DNA from: Obrimoposthia wandeli
Taxonomy: Eukaryota
Length of the DNA: 64,000 bases
Direction of reading: 5' to 3'
NCBI GenBank assembly: GCA_977020255.1
Contig: CDROCS010005499.1
Span: 62,001 to 126,000 of the forward strand
Positions 40,993 through 51,074 of the stretch are shown one piece after another; within the stretch, counting starts at the first letter, position 1, and each line of letters begins with the position of its first letter. Made by a program: the position numbers and the translations under genes. The notes below the pieces were generated by a model, which worked only from the letters and a program-made list of their open reading frames with translations, was not told where the DNA came from and did not search any database.

Positions 40993-42324
40993 TTAAATCA
41001 TTGTATAAGTTTGATGCTGCTGATAGCTCTGCATTACTTTGTTTACTTTTTTCAGATAATTACGTGTTTCTTTATACGGTAAATTTGCAAGTAAATGCTT
41101 ATAAACCTGCTCTGAGCTCATCGTATTTATTTTCTTTACGGCTGCTCTTACACTTCTTTCACCAAATGCTTTCGCAACATTGCCAGAGCCCGTGTTGTAA
41201 GCTGCGATAATGGCATATATCGCACTCTGTGGATTGTCGATACCGCGTAAATAACGACTTTCCAATATTTTTAGATAAGCCGTTCCCGTTTCAATATTAA
41301 TTTTAGGGTTATAAAGCTCATTTTCTTTCATTGGCTTATCTTTACCACGATAAAGCTTATTAACATCATGCCCTGCTGTAGTCGGCACAATTTGCATCAA
41401 GCCATAAGCTGGTACATGTGATTTTGCTTTCGGGTTAAAGTGCGATTCCGTGTGCATAATCGCTAATACCAGTGGAGCAGGTAATTCACGCTTTTCACTT
41501 TCTGCATAAATATAAGGCATGTAATTCTGAGCACGCTTTGATATAGCGGTACTTGGGATTTTGGTTTTATATTCAACGATTTGCGCAGAAGAACGCTGGA
41601 ATTTCACTTCAGATTGATTAAAGTTTTGCTCAATTTTAGCTAATCGTTTCGCTTCATTCGCCTTCATGATCTTCTTTTGATCTTCTAGCAATTCCGCTTT
41701 TTGCTTTTCAGCTAACAATTGCTGTGAGTCTTGCTCAACATATATATCAAGCTGACTCATCTGCCGATCTGTCTGTGCTTTTATTTCTTGCTTAACCTTA
41801 GCCAACTCATTTTGATCTAATTCTATATCTTTAACTTCAACCTGCTGCGGGGTCGCCTTTACAGGTTCTGTAATGCCGACATCTTGCCAAAGTTGGTTAT
41901 TTTTTTCTATTACTTGATTAATGATGACCAATTCAGCAGCTGTTTGCTGTGATGTTTTTGAGGTCGCAATCTCTGATTGCGGCAGTTTATAATTAATTGT
42001 AATTTCGCCGTTTTCGAGATCAATAACCGTGCGCGATGCATTCTTCGTATCGTAAACGACAATCACATCTTGCGAATCGGTTTTGGCATCTCCCCAATCA
42101 TTTAAAGCGTCTTCCTTTTGCTTATCCCACTCTTGCAAATAAGCCATTTGCCACTGATTAAATTCTTTAATATGGTTGGCATACCACTGAGTAAACTCTT
42201 CTGTGTGGTCGGCCGTTAATTGCCCTACTTCTTGATCCAATTCAGCAAAAGGATCATTAGCATGAACATTACCCATTAAAAAAACATTGATAGCGACAGC
42301 CAATACACCATGTCTAAATTTCAT
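40993..42324 (-). CDS. Lytic transglycosylase (SLT/MltC-like) with long helical N-terminus
   Basis: IMHTESHFNP (catalytic Glu), AYGLMQ, AAYNTG, ETRNYL; signal peptide; RBS AAGGA. Confidence 0.9.
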   Translation of the reverse strand: MKFRHGVLAVAINVFLMGNVHANDPFAELDQEVGQLTADHTEEFTQWYANHIKEFNQWQMAYLQEWDKQKEDALNDWGDAKTDSQDVIVVYDTKNASRTVIDLENGEITINYKLPQSEIATSKTSQQTAAELVIINQVIEKNNQLWQDVGITEPVKATPQQVEVKDIELDQNELAKVKQEIKAQTDRQMSQLDIYVEQDSQQLLAEKQKAELLEDQKKIMKANEAKRLAKIEQNFNQSEVKFQRSSAQIVEYKTKIPSTAISKRAQNYMPYIYAESEKRELPAPLVLAIMHTESHFNPKAKSHVPAYGLMQIVPTTAGHDVNKLYRGKDKPMKENELYNPKINIETGTAYLKILESRYLRGIDNPQSAIYAIIAAYNTGSGNVAKAFGERSVRAAVKKINTMSSEQVYKHLLANLPYKETRNYLKKVNKVMQSYQQHQTYTMI

Positions 42325-42349
42325 AAATAGGGATTTCCTTATAGAGAGA

Positions 42350-43114
42350 CTAGAAATATGACGATAAATCACCAGCAGAATCTTGTTCTTGCTCTGCTAT
42401 CATATCTTCAAGTTGTATTAAGAGTTGTTGGCACGCAGAACTTTGGCACTGTTTAGCAATTGATATACTCTGTGATAGATCAATATCTTGCTGCCATTGC
42501 GCTAGCCACAATTTGATGCTGTCATTCTTCACCGCTGCGACATCAACATAATGCTCGAAATATGCTTGTGCTTTCTTTATGTCTTGTTGACTGAGTAGCA
42601 ACGTCACTAATCCCGCCCCATCCATTGCGATGGCAGGCTGTTTCATTACGTAAGGTAGCATTTGTTTTAGTGCATCATATTGCTTGGTCGTGTAGTACGC
42701 GACGGCATAGCTTAATGCCGTTGTTTTCAAGTTCGTTACTTTCCCACTATCGGTAAGTGTGGCAGAACAAGTGGCAGAGGTACGGCTTACATCGGAATAG
42801 CGAATATCTGCTAATTCATACTTCAAGTTGGTAAGAGGCCAGCTAGAAAAACGTTCGTTTATCACACCTTTTACAATCAACTTATCTTCGTATTCTGCTC
42901 GTAACGGTAAACCCAACCCCTTTCTGCATAGGGATTTTATCTGGTTTGTTGATAATTCCGAGGTTCTTACAGTATCTACCGTATAATTCGATGAATGCCC
43001 TTGTACCGTATAGGTGGTACCGGCAAACTCCCAAATTACCGCCTCATTAGCCATTGCTGGCAGGCTAAATACGCCTGCCAGCAATAATGCTCTGTAATTA
43101 CAGATCATTGACAT
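42350..43114 (-). CDS. Exported hypothetical protein, helical/TPR-like C-terminus
   Basis: Signal peptide ending AMA-NE. Confidence 0.7.
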   Translation of the reverse strand: MSMICNYRALLLAGVFSLPAMANEAVIWEFAGTTYTVQGHSSNYTVDTVRTSELSTNQIKSLCRKGLGLPLRAEYEDKLIVKGVINERFSSWPLTNLKYELADIRYSDVSRTSATCSATLTDSGKVTNLKTTALSYAVAYYTTKQYDALKQMLPYVMKQPAIAMDGAGLVTLLLSQQDIKKAQAYFEHYVDVAAVKNDSIKLWLAQWQQDIDLSQSISIAKQCQSSACQQLLIQLEDMIAEQEQDSAGDLSSYF

Positions 43115-44399
43115 TGCTTACCTGCCCAGATGGGCCTTGCGTATTGCTACCACTTTCAGTCAAGCCACCTGTAGTGCCAACTTTGTGGTTTGTACCTGCA
43201 GTTTTACCTTCACGTACACGTTGCTTATTTTCTGCTGCAGCTTGCTTTGCGGCAGATTCAAGTGATGGTGCATAAACCGCAACAGCAAGCATCCAATCAC
43301 CGTCGCTACTCTTGAACGTTTTAACCGATACGCCCGGTGGCACTTTACCTGCCGCAAATGACTTGTAAGACTCGGCATGTTTCATGTTATTCATGAAAGT
43401 ATGCTTATCTTCAGCCAATGCAGTTGCATCTGCCGGATCGATACTATCTTCTGGGTAAGAGAACTGTTCGTTCTTCTCTAGCTGGTTTTCGCTAAAGCCT
43501 CCTTCCCAGTACACTTCTTCACCCTGCATCACAGAGATCAAACCGTTACGTGCTTTTGCCTGTGCCTGAGACTTAGACATCGACACTAACTTACGCTGAA
43601 CACTTTTGTTCTTGTTATCACGAATGATAGATGAGCCAAAACCAAGCACAAATGATTCGCCACTGTCAGGGTTCGTGATAACTTTAGCCCCAACAGGTGG
43701 CATTACACCCGACTGCAAATCTGCAATAATTTGCTTAAAAATAGCATTGGGTTCAGTTGTTTGCGTTAAAGCACCGACTTTACGCTTAGTTTGCTCTCGT
43801 GTTTTTGGTGTAGAGATCAAGCTAACACGAACTAATTTCTCTGCAGGATCATCATATACATCAAACGTAACATAACCTGCCAAAGCACCTTTTACTGACT
43901 CTGCACAAGTATCGCTTGTCATAGCTGTGGTGTTAGCCACGCTGTCTGTCGCGGTATCAATGGCATCCATTGTTTCATTAATAGCCGTTGCACACATGTT
44001 GCTCATGCCTTCCATGTTTTCGACCAATTGCTTTTTCGCAATCTGGAAGGCTTTCATGTATGCAGCACGTTTTGAGAGTAAGGTTGCATTACGGTTTTCG
44101 TACGTTTCATAACTACCAGAACCGGTTGATAAGATTCCGACACCAGAACTCACCGCGATCATTTTTACGCCATCACCCTCATCTTCCATCAGGCTTTGGT
44201 GAGCGACCAAGACTGCCGCTTTCGGGTCATCTGCAATAATAAGACCGTCTACTTCTTTTACAGCTGTTGTATCAATAGCTTGAGATTCTTCCGCTGAGGC
44301 GGTTGCAGGAACCAGATCATTAAGATCAAAATCAACGCCTGCGTGAGCAGCACTAAAGGTTGTTGCCAGCACTAGTGCCAACAATGTTTTCTTAAACAT
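43098..44399 (-). CDS. Exported protein with two LPP20-like repeats
   Basis: Signal peptide AHA-GV; GSGSY...AYMKAFQIAKKQL and GFGSS...AQAKARNGL repeats; Gly/Ser/Thr tail. Confidence 0.65.
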   Translation of the reverse strand: MFKKTLLALVLATTFSAAHAGVDFDLNDLVPATASAEESQAIDTTAVKEVDGLIIADDPKAAVLVAHQSLMEDEGDGVKMIAVSSGVGILSTGSGSYETYENRNATLLSKRAAYMKAFQIAKKQLVENMEGMSNMCATAINETMDAIDTATDSVANTTAMTSDTCAESVKGALAGYVTFDVYDDPAEKLVRVSLISTPKTREQTKRKVGALTQTTEPNAIFKQIIADLQSGVMPPVGAKVITNPDSGESFVLGFGSSIIRDNKNKSVQRKLVSMSKSQAQAKARNGLISVMQGEEVYWEGGFSENQLEKNEQFSYPEDSIDPADATALAEDKHTFMNNMKHAESYKSFAAGKVPPGVSVKTFKSSDGDWMLAVAVYAPSLESAAKQAAAENKQRVREGKTAGTNHKVGTTGGLTESGSNTQGPSGQVSNVNDL

Positions 44400-44413
44400 G
44401 GTAAATCCTATTT

Positions 44414-45811
44414 TTAAAGTACGTTGATCTGAAATTCATTCAGAACGTTAAGCGTTGAGCTGTATTTAGGCTGATGAATTCTTAGTGTGGGTTCAATGTA
44501 TTGAGCAAGATCATTAGCATTATTTAACGACCGCAACTGAACCACGACTTTGTCAGACTTTTTCGTTATTTTGATATCTGACACACCATTAATTGCACTG
44601 AGCAAGGTGAATAACTGCCCTTGCTGACCAGCGGCACGTTTAGAGAAAATAATTTCTCTAACAGGCCCACCACGCATCGCCATTTTTTGTGCAGAAGCAT
44701 GCAGCTGAGACTTAATCGCTTGCTGGTTACTCTCGACAGCAAGGTGAACCGCTGCCAGTTGATTCAACATTCCAGCTTTGTTCGGCAATGTCATGAAGGT
44801 CGGATCATTTCGCCACGTACCGTATTGGTTACCAGCGCGATCGCGAACCACAGCAATAAGTTCAAGCTGAAGACCAGACGGTGTCACTTTTTGGGTTTCT
44901 TTCACATCAATAATGATGCTTGATTGCGCAGGGTACTGTGATAAGTCAAAGCCCATGTTTGCAAGAGCTTCAGCAAACGAGCTTTTCACTACAGGTAGTT
45001 GTGCATTGATATATACCGAGGGTTGCCCAAGGCTTTTGATCAATTGAGCGACTTTGTCTTCCATCTTCTGCCGCTCGACAGTGATATCCAAAGTGACCGC
45101 AAACAGACCGTTATCTAACTGTGTATTGGATATCTCATTCCAGCTTGAGATCATACCTTGAGATTGCAACGATAACGATTGGCGAGTAACTTCTTCTAAA
45201 TTAAAGTCGTCACTGTTTGTGCTCGCCGACATATTAGAATATGCCTGCTGCAAATAACCTGACTTCACCATTACGCCGAGGGCTTGGCTAACTGCACGGC
45301 GAAAAGCGTCTTGCTCTGCTGCCTGACGCGCACTTAAGCCTGATTTGCTATCACTTTTCCCTTCACCGATTACAACCAATGAGATAGTAGGTGAATCTGC
45401 CCAATCGATACCATCATCACCATTTGATAATTCTGATGCGGGAGGCTGAAGCCGAACCGTAACACAGGTATCATCGCCTTGAATTTCTGGCTGACCAAAA
45501 TCAGCACGAACATTACCTTGTGCAATGCCAGAAATAAGTAAATCACGCGTTTCTTGATTGAACTGCTCATCAAGTAAAAGAGAATCATCTGTCGTTAATG
45601 AAACCGAGACCTCTCCCTGTAAAAATAGCCGAAGGTTGTTTAAACCTTCAGCTTTAGCAGCCTCTATTGCTAGTGCCCCGCGTCCATACGCACAGCCTTG
45701 TTCAGAAAGAGCCAGCGTCTGCTGGCTCTTATCAAGTTCCAATGCGGAAGACGACAAGCATACAAATAAGGTACTTAGGGCAATGCCTTGAGTTAACCTT
45801 TTTGTGCCCAT
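44414..45811 (-). CDS. Exported protein with FlgT-N/LPP20-like domains
   Basis: Signal peptide; VIGEG...ARQAAEQDAFRRAVSQALGVMVKS...GMI...VTLDITV. Confidence 0.65.
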   Translation of the reverse strand: MGTKRLTQGIALSTLFVCLSSSALELDKSQQTLALSEQGCAYGRGALAIEAAKAEGLNNLRLFLQGEVSVSLTTDDSLLLDEQFNQETRDLLISGIAQGNVRADFGQPEIQGDDTCVTVRLQPPASELSNGDDGIDWADSPTISLVVIGEGKSDSKSGLSARQAAEQDAFRRAVSQALGVMVKSGYLQQAYSNMSASTNSDDFNLEEVTRQSLSLQSQGMISSWNEISNTQLDNGLFAVTLDITVERQKMEDKVAQLIKSLGQPSVYINAQLPVVKSSFAEALANMGFDLSQYPAQSSIIIDVKETQKVTPSGLQLELIAVVRDRAGNQYGTWRNDPTFMTLPNKAGMLNQLAAVHLAVESNQQAIKSQLHASAQKMAMRGGPVREIIFSKRAAGQQGQLFTLLSAINGVSDIKITKKSDKVVVQLRSLNNANDLAQYIEPTLRIHQPKYSSTLNVLNEFQINVL

Positions 45812-46971
45812 GTGCTTCGTTCCTTCATGAATTCCATTGGAACACCCACGCTAACAGCAAAGATGCGACGTTGGCGATCAGGGCGGTAAATACCAGCTTC
45901 TGCTTCATCTTTAACTTGATCAGCTAACTGGCTATTCTTCCAACGCACAATTTTACCTTGTGCACTCTGCTGGCTAGGGTTTACCGTTGCGACACCAATT
46001 GGCTCCACAAAACCAGCACTGTATTCAAATACCACCATGGTTTCATTCGGCAATACACCGGCATTTTGGCCGCGATCTAATGAAATACGGTCGCCTTTAA
46101 TGCCCATAACTTGTGCGGTGGCTGGCATTTCTTTCAGCAAACGCGTCAGCATAATATCAAAGCCACGAGAAGACATTTCATTCAACACGGCATCAACGTC
46201 TTTACCACTGGTGTAATTAAAACCACGGTAATAATCACCGTTAGCAATCACTGTGGTGTAACTTTCTTTATCGCGCACATCGAAATTAGATACACGGATC
46301 TTGCCGATATTTGGGTAACTCAGCTTTTCACGTGTGTATGGGTCTATTACACCCGTCGTCATTTCAATTGATGTTTGAAAAAGCGACTGTGTTGAACCAA
46401 ACAGCATGTCACCCGTTTTTAATACATCCACTTTCATGATGTAATCGGTAGACAACTTACTACGGTTACCTGCTTTCTTAGCTACGTTAACTGCGCCTTC
46501 ATCTGCCAGAATTTCTTCCATTGCAGCATTCACAGACTGCGTATCACGCGTCACAATTCGGAATCGGTTTACACCTGCAAACTGGTTTTCAAGCGTGTTT
46601 TCCAATGCTTTCGTCTGAAATTTACCAATATTAGAATGCATTGCATTAAAGACATCTGCAGATTGGCCTTTAAGCGTTGAGCTAACGTCGGTTTGCACAT
46701 CACCAAAATAAAGACGGATAGTCTTTTTAGCTAATGGGCAGCGTTGATCTTTTTCATCCGCCTCATAAGAGCAAAACTGTAGCCCCTGCGTATTAAAATA
46801 CGCTGGAACTTCAATATCTTCGTTCTTAAAATCATGAGCTGATTTGCCAATAATTAACGAAGAGTTACCAGCATTACTCTCTACAGCATAAGTTTGGTTA
46901 CTTTTGCTACTCTGACACCCAGCGAGAGCCAAACTCACTGCCACTAAGCCAGCAATTTGAGAAAACTTCAT
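45793..46971 (-). CDS. Lipoprotein with CsgG/FlgT-M-like and FlgT-C-like domains
   Basis: Lipobox LAGC; LENQFAGVNRFRIVTR; C-terminal AQVMGIKGDRISLDRGQNAGV...MVVF. Confidence 0.65.
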   Translation of the reverse strand: MKFSQIAGLVAVSLALAGCQSSKSNQTYAVESNAGNSSLIIGKSAHDFKNEDIEVPAYFNTQGLQFCSYEADEKDQRCPLAKKTIRLYFGDVQTDVSSTLKGQSADVFNAMHSNIGKFQTKALENTLENQFAGVNRFRIVTRDTQSVNAAMEEILADEGAVNVAKKAGNRSKLSTDYIMKVDVLKTGDMLFGSTQSLFQTSIEMTTGVIDPYTREKLSYPNIGKIRVSNFDVRDKESYTTVIANGDYYRGFNYTSGKDVDAVLNEMSSRGFDIMLTRLLKEMPATAQVMGIKGDRISLDRGQNAGVLPNETMVVFEYSAGFVEPIGVATVNPSQQSAQGKIVRWKNSQLADQVKDEAEAGIYRPDRQRRIFAVSVGVPMEFMKERSTWAQKG

Positions 46972-47687
46972 TATGATTTCACTTTCTCTGCTAGTACTTT
47001 ATCTAGGTTCTCTAATTGTTCAATTGTATTTTTATCCATAGAAATTAGAGTATTAGCATCATAAGCTAGCAGAGAACGTGCTTCTAATTCGTTGTAAGCT
47101 TCAACAACAGGCACTGTTTCTTCCTCTTCGCCTTCTTCTTTTGATTCGTTTGATGCAGCCGTAAGTAAGTTACCTAGGCCAGCCATTCCTGATTCTTGTG
47201 CAATAGCTACCGCATTTTGCGATGCAATAAAGGCAATTTCAGCTGCTTGCGTAGCAATATCTGTCGCTAACTTAACGTTCTTCTTGAAAATAGCGTCAGA
47301 AGCATTTTTGTATGCTTCAACTTGTGGGAGAATTTTCTTGCTTTCAGGTTTACCTTCGTCGAATTCATTCATTGCAACAAGCAGCTCTTCATCAGACTTG
47401 TCTGCATTTACTGCCAAGAATCCAGCAACATCGCCATGCTTAGAAGTTAAAGTACGGTAGTCGCCAAATACAGAACACTGACGTTCCTGAATTGAAACCA
47501 TCATTTTAGATGCTTTATCAACTGCGTAAGAAACAGCAGTGTAATCAGAACCTAGTTCCGTACAGTTCTGCGTCAATGACTTGCTCATTTCTGCACGGTC
47601 AACGGTTGCTGATTCCATACCAGGTATTGATGAACAACCAGCCAATACTGATACTACAAAACCGGCCATAACTGTTTTCTTAAGCAT
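46971..47687 (-). CDS. Helical lipoprotein of unknown function
   Basis: Lipobox LAGC; its stop overlaps the next start (TAATG). Confidence 0.75.
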   Translation of the reverse strand: MLKKTVMAGFVVSVLAGCSSIPGMESATVDRAEMSKSLTQNCTELGSDYTAVSYAVDKASKMMVSIQERQCSVFGDYRTLTSKHGDVAGFLAVNADKSDEELLVAMNEFDEGKPESKKILPQVEAYKNASDAIFKKNVKLATDIATQAAEIAFIASQNAVAIAQESGMAGLGNLLTAASNESKEEGEEEETVPVVEAYNELEARSLLAYDANTLISMDKNTIEQLENLDKVLAEKVKS

Positions 47688-47698
47688 TTTTTTGTCCT

Positions 47699-48613
47699 TT
47701 AATCTAACAATGAGTAAATAGAATGAGTTTTTAATGTTGTCATTATTTTTTGACGTGCCTTTTCTAAAGCACTATCGATACTGTTCGGGGATCTAGCCAT
47801 TTCCGACAGCTGTTTCTGAGCCACCACAACTCCTAGGTTGTTGGCTTCAAAAATTTGTAATACTACAGTTTGCTTAGCAACATAGTGGTTACCCTGCTTC
47901 CCTTTCTGCATATTCGCTTTAATGTAAACGGTGATATTTCCAGTCGAAGATGCTGCTTTTGACGCAGACAGCAAAGATTTCACTTCTGACGAAAAGCGAT
48001 CTGATGATGAACGAAAGGAAATCTGAATTTTGTTTTCATATTGAGTCGTTTGGCGCAATAACGTTGCTTGTTTATCTTCTTGTAAAACCAATTCATCTGC
48101 ACTTAGTGACGATAATATTATTAAAGATTGTTCACTTTTAAGCAGTATCGTTTTTATTGTTTCGAATCGTTTAAGATCGCGCCACTGCAGCCCTGCAGCA
48201 CTTAAATAATCAGACACGATGTCATGGGATTCAACGACCTCTCGCTTAAGAGAGGCAATCCATTTAGTTCTATTAATTTTAAATTGATACTGACACGAAG
48301 AATATTCACAAGTGACGCTGTTTATTTCCATACTTTGAATTTCAATCGGTAATGTCGTTATCTTCGATTGTAATTCATAGGAGGTATTAATATCGCCATT
48401 CACTTTAGACTGAATATTCTTTTCTTTCACATCAACTTTGCTATAAATACGCAATGCTAATTGTTGTTTAGCGTCTATTGCTGCTTGTTGCTCTGTTTCA
48501 CCATAACCATCGATATAAAGATATGATTCAGCATTAACTGCGCTAGACATACAAAGCAGACACAAAATCTTGAGAAAATGAGAAAATGACGAAAGAGCTA
48601 ACTTCACAAACAA
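47699..48613 (-). CDS. Exported LPP20-like protein, first gene of the operon
   Basis: Signal peptide VNA-ES; IDGYGETEQQAAIDAKQQLALRI. Confidence 0.7.
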   Translation of the reverse strand: MFVKLALSSFSHFLKILCLLCMSSAVNAESYLYIDGYGETEQQAAIDAKQQLALRIYSKVDVKEKNIQSKVNGDINTSYELQSKITTLPIEIQSMEINSVTCEYSSCQYQFKINRTKWIASLKREVVESHDIVSDYLSAAGLQWRDLKRFETIKTILLKSEQSLIILSSLSADELVLQEDKQATLLRQTTQYENKIQISFRSSSDRFSSEVKSLLSASKAASSTGNITVYIKANMQKGKQGNHYVAKQTVVLQIFEANNLGVVVAQKQLSEMARSPNSIDSALEKARQKIMTTLKTHSIYSLLD

Positions 48614-49421
48614 TTCACCAATACAAAAGAGAGGCTGAATCTACCGAATAAATTTTATTTGTTCAATCAATCAATTAGCACATTTAACGCCATGGAGTGC
48701 ATATATATTCACGGCAATGAATGGAAAAGTGTGATTTCTTTCCAGAAAATAAGTATGCAACATAATTTGACAGCTGCCATATAAGAGCACTTAACTACTT
48801 TACCACTCGACATTCACTTACCGTCAATATATTGGCGAAGTGATTGTATTCAGAATCAAGAATAAAACAAGTTTTTGTATGCAATTACTTTCTTTATACT
48901 TTTGTGATCTAAGGCATATAATAAAAAATAGATATTTATTTTTACGTATGAAAAACACACAAGAAGTTAATTTAAATATATTTACAACATTCACCCACCT
49001 TGAAATAAATAAAACACCCAACAATTAAAGATACCTAATAAGGATATGCTCATTAAAGGAAGCGGCATTAAAATCATAAACAGAAAGCGCAGGCTCTCTT
49101 AGAAGTCGCTTACATGTTATCGAATTATAAACTTTAGTATTGACGCTGTTCTCTGCTTAAATTCGATCATGTGTATACAGCACATTCCCCCCCCGCCATT
49201 TGCCAATGAAAGTTATTGAAATTCTTGCGGGCAGAATCAACAAAAGTATTTCTGATTACCACGATGACTCAGCTTACAAGATAAAGATCAAAGTTGGGCA
49301 TAGCGGTCGAGAAAATAAAAAAATAGCGCCAATAAAGCTACCTATAGACGCTACCTATAGATGTAGCCGTTATTTAATGACTTATTTATCGTTTTGATTA
49401 TTTATAGTCGCTTGGGGATAA

Positions 49422-49904
49422 TTATATTTCAGATTTATAAACCACATGAAATTGCTCTAAAACTAGCATCATATCTTCACTTGGTTCGATATTAAGCTCT
49501 ACACATTCTTGTGCGAAGAAATCCCAATGGGCTGTTCGCCACCATTCTAATGAACGATCACCTTCACCTTCCATATATGCAAAATCTGCTGAAACATCGC
49601 AATATTTACATTCATCAACCGAATCAATTTCAACGATACAAATAGGCTTACCATTCCAATCGGTGACGACAAGCAGGTGACCAATTACTGGCATTGGTTC
49701 ATAATCAGATTTGTACCAATATTGAAGGCTACAGGTTGCTGTCTTTTGACCAAAACGTATCAGTTCAGCACATAAATTAGCATTATGTTCATCTGCACAA
49801 AAATAGTCTGCGCTAAATGATTGATATTTTTTACGCTCGGAATCACTTAGCGATTCAAGATATTGATTTAAATAAATTTTTGATTTTTCTTCCATGATAT
49901 CCAC
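49422..49904 (-). CDS. ASCH domain protein
   Basis: LIRFGQKTATCS, DFAYMEGEGDRSLEWWRTAH. Confidence 0.9.
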   Translation of the reverse strand: MDIMEEKSKIYLNQYLESLSDSERKKYQSFSADYFCADEHNANLCAELIRFGQKTATCSLQYWYKSDYEPMPVIGHLLVVTDWNGKPICIVEIDSVDECKYCDVSADFAYMEGEGDRSLEWWRTAHWDFFAQECVELNIEPSEDMMLVLEQFHVVYKSEI

Positions 49905-50210
49905 TAAATTATTCTTCCAATATAACGTCTACAATAAATAACACTATTTTACGTCACACTTTGAATTCCATTCATACTCACCATTACACTCCAATTACTA
50001 TGGAGTACTTACGATTAATCCCGAACAGAAACTTCGTAAAAAGCACTTTATAACAAAATCTTAGTTACCTAAAGTCATAAAGTGAACGCCTCAAAGCCAT
50101 TGACCTTTATTCACGTGCGATGCGTTGGCTTAACGACACTTATCCTTATCTGTTAGCTATGTTGTGCATTAATAACTATTATTTGATGAAAAAACATCAG
50201 GTTAATGCTA

Positions 50211-50491
50211 TATACCCAAGCTACCTCAAGATGCAGGATTCAGAGTGACTCAGCGTGTTTAATTCAAGGAAAATGTGTGTAGGAATGGCTTTCCGCTGGA
50301 GTAATACAATAAGTGCAACACATTTGACACAGAAGTAGATACGCTGAATCACTCCCGAAGGGCGAGTTTTGTTGGGCTCTATGCGGTGTTACTTATTTTC
50401 AACGTAGAACGACTAGGTTTATAAATAAGTGCCTTGCCTAGAGCCCAACAAATTCTCGCTGAAACGAGCATCTTGAGGTAACTTGGGTATA
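50211..50491. repeat. ERIC-like miniature inverted-repeat element (281 bp)
   Basis: 24-bp terminal IRs TATACCCAAGCTACCTCAAGATGC / GCATCTTGAGGTAACTTGGGTATA (23/24 match); two internal long hairpins. Confidence 0.8.
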
Positions 50492-50588
50492 GAGGTGAAA
50501 TATCATGTTAATTGATCTAGATCATTACCACAACGACCAGTCAACGCTATGTTGATACTGTGTTAAAACAAATTAGAGAGGTAATCGT

Positions 50589-50771
50589 ATGAAATTAATA
50601 CAAGACCCGAAATGTTACACAGATGTTTGTGTGAATGGGAAGTGGTTTCACCACGATCACTGCACTACTATTGCCTATATGCTAAAAGGTGGAGCTTCTT
50701 CCAATATTGAACTAGCTAAAATGCCAGCAACAGAAAATGAGTTAGTTGCTCTATTAACTGAAATCTTATAA
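50589..50771 (+). CDS. Small hypothetical protein
   Basis: 60 aa; strong RBS GAGAGG. Confidence 0.7.
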   Translation: MKLIQDPKCYTDVCVNGKWFHHDHCTTIAYMLKGGASSNIELAKMPATENELVALLTEIL

Positions 50772-50853
50772 TGCCTATAGAAAGCCGCTTGTTGCGGCTT
50801 AGTTTCTCCATATTCAACGACGCTGACACGAAGTATTCTCGACAAGCTGAACG

Positions 50854-50937
50854 GGAGTGTTTCATTTCTGTGTTCAAGACCCTGATATTGAAGGTCTAGC
50901 TGAAAAAATTGTTGCGACGGGGGTAAAATTCGTATGA
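50854..50937 (+). pseudogene. Fragment of a VOC/glyoxalase-family gene
   Basis: Isolated GVFHFCVQDPDIEGLAEKIVATG with no start or upstream domain. Confidence 0.5.
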
Positions 50938-51074
50938 ATTGACATACTCTGACGGCGCTTACAAGTAGCGTCCAACGATAATGAGGTAGTTCAAAACTAC
51001 CTTATCAAGTACAGCGAATCATACAAGAAATGAATCCCTCCTGCGGCAAAGAACATCAAACCTTTAGATAAACA

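Noticed and set aside
48824-49397. Short ORFs in the AT-rich spacer, and a 13-bp tandem repeat at 49337-49361
   Set aside because: Low-complexity frames with no RBS or recognisable family; more likely regulatory DNA.
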